Assembly (NCBI GenBank): GCA_029261835.1
Contig: JAJDAO010000030.1
Location: 21,308 to 85,307 of the forward strand
DNA: 64,000 nt
Reading direction: 5' to 3'
DNA from: Deltaproteobacteria bacterium
GTDB lineage: Bacteria > Myxococcota_A > UBA9160 > UBA4427
The notes under the pieces: generated by a model
What the model was told of the DNA's origin: nothing
What the model saw: the letters and a program-made list of their open reading frames with translations, nothing else
The model's database searches: none
Part shown: positions 57,617 to 64,000 of the stretch, in pieces
Layout: every line of letters starts with the position of its first letter
How positions within the stretch are numbered: position 1 is the first letter of the stretch
Translations under genes and position numbers: made by a program

Positions 57617-58969
57617 ATGGCGAAACCCGTCGTAACAGTGCGAATCCTGCGGCGACTGCTGGCCAGCGGCGTCCACACGCGTGCCGCGCGACTGCTCGAG
57701 CGCATCCATCCGGCCGACCTCGGCCCCCTGCTGGCCGACCTCACACCCGACGAGATTCGCATCGTCATCGATCTGCTCTTCAAGCAGCGGCGGGCGGCCA
57801 ATATGCTGCGCGAGCTTCCGCCGGAGCTTCTCCCGCAGATCTTCGACTCCATCACGGACCAGCGCCTGGCCGAGCTACTCGCTCGCCTGGAAATCGACGA
57901 CATGCTCGAGACGGTGGAGAACATCCCGGAAGACCGATGCGAATCGGTCAGGAAGCTGTTGCCCCAGTCGAAGCGAGACGAGCTGCGCCATGCGGAGCTC
58001 TACCCACCGGACAGCGCCGGCCGGGTGATGACGACCAACTTCCTCGCGCTCGACGAGAAGATGACCGCCCAGGAGGCGATCGACTCGATCCGAGCCGCCG
58101 GCGACTCGCCCGACCCGGTCCTCTACCTGTACGTCGTAGACGAGCTGCGACGGCTGCTCGGCGTCGTTCCGATTCGCCGCCTGGTCGCCGCACAGCCCGG
58201 CACCCCGTGCCACGAACTGATGATCCGCGAAGCCATCAGCACGCCCGCCGAGGCAGACCAGGAGGAGGTCGCCCATCTGGTCGCCCGCTACGACCTGCTC
58301 GCGATTCCCGTGACCGACGTCGATGGCTGCATGCTCGGAATCATCACGGTCGACGACGTGATCGACGTGATCACAGAAGAGGCCACCCAGGACATCTACC
58401 ACCTGGCCGGCCTCTCCGAAGCCGACCGCGTCTTCTCGTCGGCCCGGGTCTCTATCCGCAAGCGGCTGCCGTGGATGCTGCTCAACCTCGCAACCGCGTT
58501 CACTGCGGGCGCAGTCGTCGGCCTCTTCGAGCACACGCTGGAGCAGCTCGTCAGCCTGGCCGTCTTCCTGCCCGTCGTGGCGGGTGTGGGCGGAAACGGC
58601 GGCATCCAGACCCTCACCGTCATCACGCGGGCCATCGCGCTCGGTGAGATCGAGTTCTCGAGCGGCCTTCGCGCCGTCGGGAAGGAGATGGCGGTGGGGC
58701 TCGCGGTGGGAAGCGCAGCCGGCCTGCTGAGCGGCGTAATCGCCTACCTGTGGCACGGCAATCCGATGATGGGCCTCGTCCTCTTGCTCGCCATGGTGTT
58801 CACGATGACGGTTGCCGGCCTGCTCGGGGCGGCTGTGCCGCTGATCCTCAAGGCGCTGCGCCAGGACCCGGCCCTCGGTGCCGGCGTCATCGTCACCTTC
58901 TGCACCGACGCGCTGGGGTTCTTCTCCTTCCTCGGAATCGCAACGCTACTCCTGCGACACCTCGTCTAG
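57617..58969 (+). CDS. mgtE: magnesium transporter MgtE
   Basis: The start is trimmed to ATG 57617. The N-domain (IHPADLGPLLADLTPDE) is followed by tandem CBS domains (VMTTNFLALDEKMTAQEA; LLAIPVTDVDGCMLGIITVDDVIDV) and a 5-TM MgtE channel domain (GGNGGIQT). Confidence 0.92.
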   Translation: MAKPVVTVRILRRLLASGVHTRAARLLERIHPADLGPLLADLTPDEIRIVIDLLFKQRRAANMLRELPPELLPQIFDSITDQRLAELLARLEIDDMLETVENIPEDRCESVRKLLPQSKRDELRHAELYPPDSAGRVMTTNFLALDEKMTAQEAIDSIRAAGDSPDPVLYLYVVDELRRLLGVVPIRRLVAAQPGTPCHELMIREAISTPAEADQEEVAHLVARYDLLAIPVTDVDGCMLGIITVDDVIDVITEEATQDIYHLAGLSEADRVFSSARVSIRKRLPWMLLNLATAFTAGAVVGLFEHTLEQLVSLAVFLPVVAGVGGNGGIQTLTVITRAIALGEIEFSSGLRAVGKEMAVGLAVGSAAGLLSGVIAYLWHGNPMMGLVLLLAMVFTMTVAGLLGAAVPLILKALRQDPALGAGVIVTFCTDALGFFSFLGIATLLLRHLV

Positions 58970-58976
58970 AATCCCG

Positions 58977-61769
58977 TCAGTGCGGACTGATGCGCCGACG
59001 CTGCCAGCCGTCGGTGGATCTCACCAGCTCATAGGTCGGCCAATACTCGAGGTCGAGCTTGAGCGTCAAGACCTCCACTCGGCCGTCGAGGTCGACGACC
59101 TTGAGCCGGACCGCACCGCGGTCCGGCTTGCCGGCCACGACCTCGAGGAAGGCATCCAGGTCCGGTGTCGGCACGCCGTCGACCTCGAGGAAGCGATGCG
59201 TGGCCTCGATACCGTAGCGATTCGCGGGTGAGCCGTACCAATGGCGCGAGACATACACCCCTTCCCTCGGCAGGAAGCGCTGTGTCGCCAGTGCGCGCGG
59301 GGGGCTCTGCAGCATCGACCCCGCCCACAGCACGGCCCTATCCGTCCCCTCGCCTCCGATCGGCTCGGTGGGAACGACGAGATCGAGTGCTGCGCCGTCG
59401 CGCAGCACCGAGAGCGCGATGCGCTCCCGCATGGATGCCCGCTGAACGTCGTGGAAGCGCGTTACCGGTCGTCCGTCTATGGCGAGCAGCATGTCGCCCT
59501 CGCGCAGCAATGCTGCCGACGGGCTGCCGGCGGTGAGCCGCAAGACCGAGAGCACCCGCTTGCGCTTGGGATCGTGAGATTCCAGGCGCTTGGCCTGCTC
59601 GTCCGACAGGCCGCGGTTGCGTGCATCGGCCAGCGTCAGCGACCTGAACTCCACACCGAGCGTGCGCCAGCCCACCGGACGCCCCGCCCGCAGCGCCTCG
59701 ACGAGCGGCACGATCTCCCGCACCAGAATGCCGGCGAAGAACGACTCCGCCGCCTTCCCGCTGCCACTGGTGAACGACGCCCAGAACGCCACCACGCGAC
59801 CCTTGCGGTCCGCGAGCACGCCCCCGACCGTTGACGCGCCATCATCCAGCGCCACCAGCTCGATGTTGCTCTCGCGAAAGCGCGGCGGATACGTGGGCGG
59901 CAGCGCGACCGGCTCTCGTCGCGCGACCTTGGTCTCACGGGATACGATCCTCTGGCCGGCACTCATGCCAACCAGCGAGATCCGATCACCTGGCGAGAGT
60001 TCGCTGACCCGCAGCGTGGCACTCTCTACGGGCGTGTCGCCCAGCAGTGCGGGCTCGTAGCGAACCACGGCGATGTTGTGTTCCGGATGGAGGTAGAGGA
60101 CTTCACCGGGGACCTGGACCGAGCCGGCAAAGATGAGCGACAGATCGCCCAGAGCCACCGGCACAGTCTCACGGTCCACCACGACGAGACCGCGCTCGGC
60201 GTCCACCACCAACCCCGTGCCCTGGAAGCGATCGCCGTGCACGCCGTCGATGCGGTACGGGATGTCGTATTCCACCATCACGAGCGACGGAGCGACGGTC
60301 CGCACGGCACGACCTCCATCGGCCACGAAGGTCGTGCTGGCGGGGGCCAGTGGCTCCGCTGCCGGCGGCTCGGGCGAGGCCCGACAGGGCCAGCGACCGC
60401 TGCTGTCGTCGCGCACGCAGCGCTGCATGCTGAACCACCGGCGGTCGACGCGAATCACGACCACGCCAGGAGAGCGGGGATTCTGCAGCAGAAAGAAACG
60501 CACCGGGACACGTGCGCCGTCTGGCTGCGCCGCCATCGCTGCTTCGAACTGCTCGAGCGTATCGGTCGCCTGCCCGGCGACGTGTGTGATTACCGATCCC
60601 GGTGGCAGTCCGACGCGAGAGAACATGTACCCGGGACTGGCGAGATAGACCCCACCCACCGGCACCGAGTGATTGCGCGCTTGGTGGTAGGAGAGTGTGT
60701 TGAGTACGGCGCCACCGACCTCGACATAGGCGTGGGGCGTGATGGCGTGCAGGTCGGCCACCGCGAGATCTAGGCGCACCGGCCTGCCACCGCGCTCGAT
60801 GTCGAGGTGAATCGACTGCCCCACGCTCGCATCGATCACCTCCTCGAGCGGGATGAACGCATTCAGAGGGCGATCTTCGATCCGCAGCAGGATGTCGCCC
60901 GGCTCCAGAACGCCGTCCGCCGGTCCGCCCGGCACGATCTCCCTGACAACGATCATTCCCGTTCCATCTGGGAAGACCTCACGCACCCGTGACTCGCTCT
61001 CACGTCGCAGCCCGAGTCGACGCAGTTCGTCGTAGGGCTTGTGCACGAACACGGTCTGGATCGTGCCGCGCGGCACGGGGTGATCCTCGCGCAACAGGGC
61101 CAGCGCCCGCTTCACGCGATCGAGGGGCAGGTAGAAGCTCGAAGCCGCCATTCGCTTGCCGCCGGCGTTGATCGCCACCACGTTGCCCGAGATGTCGATC
61201 ACCGGGGAGCCGGAGGATCCGCCAGACGTACTGGACGCGGCCTGGATGTAGAACGTGTTGAAGTCATTGAAGGTATGGGAGCCGTAGCGAGGTGCCTCCC
61301 GATCCAGGCGGGCGATCGTTCCGGCGAGAATCGACAGCTTCTCGCCGGCATCGTTGCCGATCACCCGAATCTCGGCTCCGACCCGCGCGCGCTCGGGCGC
61401 GAGTTGCAGCTCCTTCACGTCCATGAACTTCACGCTATCCGGGTCGAATCGGTAGAAACCGAAGTCGTGAACCGGATCGCGGTAGACCGCACTCACCTCC
61501 ACCTCTTCATTGTTGAGAAAGACCGCCTCGGCAACCACGGGGCCCGACATCACCACGTGGCGATTCGTCAAGATGAGTCCACGCTCGGCATCCACGACGA
61601 AGCCGGTCGCCGTCTGATAGCCCGTGCGAACGCTGTCGAAGGCTCGCGGCGCATTGACCCTCATGACGACCACGGACGGCGCCACGCGATCGATGGTCTC
61701 CTGCCAGCCGTTGCCCGGCTGGGTCATTGCGACGGTGGCGAGCAGTGTACTGACGACCGAAGTGATCAA
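58977..61769 (-). CDS. large trypsin-like serine protease with PDZ domains and a degenerate second protease domain (Nma111/HtrA-like)
   Basis: 930 aa. The N-terminal domain has the His (LILTNRHVV), Asp and Ser ([12 protein letters not shown]) triad. PDZ-like segments follow. The second domain repeats the fold ([19 protein letters not shown] ... STVGGVLAD) but lacks the catalytic His and Ser. Confidence 0.8.
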   Translation of the reverse strand: MITSVVSTLLATVAMTQPGNGWQETIDRVAPSVVVMRVNAPRAFDSVRTGYQTATGFVVDAERGLILTNRHVVMSGPVVAEAVFLNNEEVEVSAVYRDPVHDFGFYRFDPDSVKFMDVKELQLAPERARVGAEIRVIGNDAGEKLSILAGTIARLDREAPRYGSHTFNDFNTFYIQAASSTSGGSSGSPVIDISGNVVAINAGGKRMAASSFYLPLDRVKRALALLREDHPVPRGTIQTVFVHKPYDELRRLGLRRESESRVREVFPDGTGMIVVREIVPGGPADGVLEPGDILLRIEDRPLNAFIPLEEVIDASVGQSIHLDIERGGRPVRLDLAVADLHAITPHAYVEVGGAVLNTLSYHQARNHSVPVGGVYLASPGYMFSRVGLPPGSVITHVAGQATDTLEQFEAAMAAQPDGARVPVRFFLLQNPRSPGVVVIRVDRRWFSMQRCVRDDSSGRWPCRASPEPPAAEPLAPASTTFVADGGRAVRTVAPSLVMVEYDIPYRIDGVHGDRFQGTGLVVDAERGLVVVDRETVPVALGDLSLIFAGSVQVPGEVLYLHPEHNIAVVRYEPALLGDTPVESATLRVSELSPGDRISLVGMSAGQRIVSRETKVARREPVALPPTYPPRFRESNIELVALDDGASTVGGVLADRKGRVVAFWASFTSGSGKAAESFFAGILVREIVPLVEALRAGRPVGWRTLGVEFRSLTLADARNRGLSDEQAKRLESHDPKRKRVLSVLRLTAGSPSAALLREGDMLLAIDGRPVTRFHDVQRASMRERIALSVLRDGAALDLVVPTEPIGGEGTDRAVLWAGSMLQSPPRALATQRFLPREGVYVSRHWYGSPANRYGIEATHRFLEVDGVPTPDLDAFLEVVAGKPDRGAVRLKVVDLDGRVEVLTLKLDLEYWPTYELVRSTDGWQRRRISPH

Positions 61770-61829
61770 AGATCGAATTCCCCCTGTTGAGACCGCATCG
61801 ACACGACACTCGAGAGATCGTCGTGCGTA

Positions 61830-63179
61830 TCAGCGCCTGAACCTCAAATCGATCTCGCGAAGCATGCGATCACGCACGTCCTGATAGCGGGCGGGCAGCT
61901 CCATGGGAGGATTCGGGTGGTCGGGCGCAATCTCCTCGAGCCGCATCTCGTGGTACGCCAGCTTGAAGTCGGTGAACTTGAGGCCGTGGGCGGTCGAGAT
62001 GACGACCACGCGGTCGGCCGGACGGATCAAACCGCGCGCCGCCAGCTTCTTCATGGCCACGAGCGCGACACCTGTATGGGGACAGTTGAAGAGGCCGGTA
62101 CGATCCGCCGAGGCGCACGCCTCGACGATCTCCTGCTCGGTCGCCTGCTCGACGACGCCGTCGTACCGCCGCAGAGCGTCGATCGCCTTGTCCCGCGACA
62201 CCGGGTTCCCGATCTGAATCGCCGAAGCGACCGTGGTGCGAGCCGCAATCGGTTCGAAGACCTCGAAGTCCTTCAGATAGGAGAGATAGAGCGGATTGGC
62301 GGCTTCGGCCTGGCCGACACAAATGCGTGGCCGCTTCTCGATCAGCCCGAGCTCCAGCATCATGTCGAACCCCTTCGCCAGGGCCGAGATGTTGCCGAGG
62401 TTGCCACCGGGAATCACCAGCCACTCGGGCACCTCCCAGTCGAACTGCTGCATGATCTCGACGCCGACGGTCTTCTGGCCCTCGATACGCAGGCTGTTCA
62501 TGGAATTGGCCAGGTAGACACCGTCGCGCTCGGAGACCTGCCGGACGATTTCCATGCAGCCATCGAAATCGGTGTCCAGGGAGAAGACGATCGCACCGTT
62601 GGCGACGGGCTGAATGAGCTGCGCGAGCGAAATCTTGCCTTTGGGCAGGAAGACCACGGCGGGGATGCCAGCGGCAGCGGCATAGGCGGCCAGCGCCGCC
62701 GAGGTGTCGCCGGTCGAGGCGCAGGCCACGGCCGGAATCGTCCGGCCCTGGCTGATCATCTGCTTGACCTGGGAGACGAGCACCGTCATTCCGAGGTCCT
62801 TGAACGAGCCGGTGTGAGCATTGCCGCAGAGCTTGATCCACAGGTCCTCGATCCCCACCTCTCGGCCGTAGCGCTCCGCCCAGAAGAGATTGCTGTGCCC
62901 CTCGTACATCGACACGACGTTGTCGTTGTCGATACCGGGCAGAACCCACTCCTTCTTGCCCCAGACACCCGAGCCATAGGGCCACTCGTTCTTGCGAGCA
63001 CGGCGCTCGAAGAGCGACTTCCACTCGGAGGCGGATGTCTTCCTCAGCTCTTCCATGTCGTGAACGACCTGCAGGAGTTCGCCGTCGCGGGCGGTGTAGA
63101 CGATCTCGTCGAGCCCGTAGCGCTCCCCCGGATCCCCCAGGCTCTCGAACCAGGCTCGGTATTGCGGCTTGTCGGACAT
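61830..63179 (-). CDS. thrC: threonine synthase
   Basis: The start is trimmed to ATG 63179 ([15 protein letters not shown]...). It has the PLP-binding region [12 protein letters not shown] and the hom-thrC gene order. The 190-codon N-terminal extension in the track is Arg-rich noise overlapping hom. Confidence 0.92.
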   Translation of the reverse strand: MSDKPQYRAWFESLGDPGERYGLDEIVYTARDGELLQVVHDMEELRKTSASEWKSLFERRARKNEWPYGSGVWGKKEWVLPGIDNDNVVSMYEGHSNLFWAERYGREVGIEDLWIKLCGNAHTGSFKDLGMTVLVSQVKQMISQGRTIPAVACASTGDTSAALAAYAAAAGIPAVVFLPKGKISLAQLIQPVANGAIVFSLDTDFDGCMEIVRQVSERDGVYLANSMNSLRIEGQKTVGVEIMQQFDWEVPEWLVIPGGNLGNISALAKGFDMMLELGLIEKRPRICVGQAEAANPLYLSYLKDFEVFEPIAARTTVASAIQIGNPVSRDKAIDALRRYDGVVEQATEQEIVEACASADRTGLFNCPHTGVALVAMKKLAARGLIRPADRVVVISTAHGLKFTDFKLAYHEMRLEEIAPDHPNPPMELPARYQDVRDRMLREIDLRFRR

Positions 63180-63181
63180 GG

Positions 63182-64000
63182 TCAGAGATCCTCCTCTATC
63201 CGGATCACGAGCGTCGGCGCCATGACATCGGCGAGACGATCCACTTCCTCGAGCGCGCGGCGCAGCGCCTCTTCGTCGGCGGGATGGGTCAGCACGATCA
63301 CCGGCACGCAGGCACCGGGCTCCACGCCGCGTGGCTGCACGACCGACTCGATCCCCACCCCCTGGTCGCCCAGCGCACCGGCGAGGTGCGCGAGCACACC
63401 CGGCCGATCTGCTGCGGTGAAGCGCAGATAACTGCGGCCCCGCAACTCGCCCAGTGGCACCAGCGGCTTCGCGATCAGGTGATCCGGCATGTAGGAGAGC
63501 GGCGCCACGGGACCGGCTCCGCCGCGCCGGATCTCTCGGGCGATCTCCATCAGATCGGCCACCACGGCGCTCGCGGTGGGCATCTCCCCGGCACCGGCGC
63601 CATAGTAGAGCGTCGGCCCGACCGCGTCGCCTCGCACCTCGATCGCATTCATCGCGGCATCGACACTCGCGAGCATGCTGCCGGCAGGAATCATAGTCGG
63701 ATGAACGCGAACTTCGATGCGCTCGTTCCCTCCCCGATCTCGGCGACACTTGGCGATGCCGAGCAGCTTGATGCGGTAGCCGAACTCGCGCGCCATCTCG
63801 AAGTCGATCGGCGCCAGCCCACGAATCCCCTCGGTCGGTATCTCCTTGTAGGTCAGCTCGGCACCGAAGGCCATCGCGGTCAACAAGGCCAGCTTGTGGG
63901 CTGCGTCGATGCCGTCCACATCGAAGGTCGGATCGACCTCGGCGTACCCCAGCTCTTGGGCCCGCTTCAGCACCACCTCGAAGTCCTCTTCGGTGCGCTC
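63182..64000 (-). CDS. hom: homoserine dehydrogenase, C-terminal part (gene continues past window end)
   Basis: The frame is open to position 64000 ([40 protein letters not shown]...). There is a C-terminal ACT domain ([20 protein letters not shown]). Confidence 0.9.
   Translation of the reverse strand, partial: ERTEEDFEVVLKRAQELGYAEVDPTFDVDGIDAAHKLALLTAMAFGAELTYKEIPTEGIRGLAPIDFEMAREFGYRIKLLGIAKCRRDRGGNERIEVRVHPTMIPAGSMLASVDAAMNAIEVRGDAVGPTLYYGAGAGEMPTASAVVADLMEIAREIRRGGAGPVAPLSYMPDHLIAKPLVPLGELRGRSYLRFTAADRPGVLAHLAGALGDQGVGIESVVQPRGVEPGACVPVIVLTHPADEEALRRALEEVDRLADVMAPTLVIRIEEDL

Noticed and set aside
57238-58647. 469-aa plus-strand ORF overlapping mgtE in another frame.
   Set aside because: The product is about 30% Arg/Pro/Gly (…RRRAATAARRRSDSPPGRRTARHP…). 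The mgtE frame carries the recognisable CBS and MgtE motifs.
61870-63431. ORFs 61870..63024 (minus) and 61917..63431 (plus) overlapping thrC.
   Set aside because: They are off-frame or antisense to threonine synthase and have no motifs.

Overview
High-GC (about 65%) bacterial chromosomal segment, mostly housekeeping genes on the minus strand. No rRNA, CRISPR array, reverse transcriptase or recognisable defence or toxin system was found.

Core content:
- tig-clpP-clpX-lon proteostasis block.
- Four tRNAs: Asp-GTC, Val-TAC, Leu-TAG, Lys-CTT.
- Fused HyuA/HyuB 5-oxoprolinase, murJ, cstA, and an ECF sigma/NrsF pair.
- rdgB-rph-amidase.
- BMP-type ABC transporter operon and a TonB-dependent receptor.
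- pilT, rpoZ, an acyl-CoA synthetase, mgtE, and hom-thrC (hom runs off the window end).

Accessory-looking parts:
- A roughly 5 kb islet between tRNA-Asp and tRNA-Val. It carries a haloalkane dehalogenase, a GT-C-like membrane protein and a defective IS481-family element with 25-bp inverted repeats.
- An 81-nt tRNA-like element. It keeps the acceptor stem, T-arm and CCA of tRNA-Asp but has foreign sequence in place of the D and anticodon arms.
- A Ddl-like ATP-grasp, KamA radical-SAM aminomutase and MurJ co-directional gene string.
- A signalling cluster of orphan flagellar-type parts: MotA without MotB and FliO without FliPQR, together with PilZ, a sigma54 activator, a REC-GAF protein and a 56-aa Fis-type HTH ORF missed by the ORF track.
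- A histidine-kinase-like protein whose phospho-acceptor His is Arg, next to pilT.
- A Lys/Ala-repeat histone-H1-like gene and a 28-aa bS22-like micro-ORF.

Many long ORFs in the track are antisense or off-frame artefacts of the high GC content and were rejected. I could not identify one clear-cut novel multi-gene system. The findings are ranked hypotheses, and all homology calls come from motif recognition by eye, not database searches.
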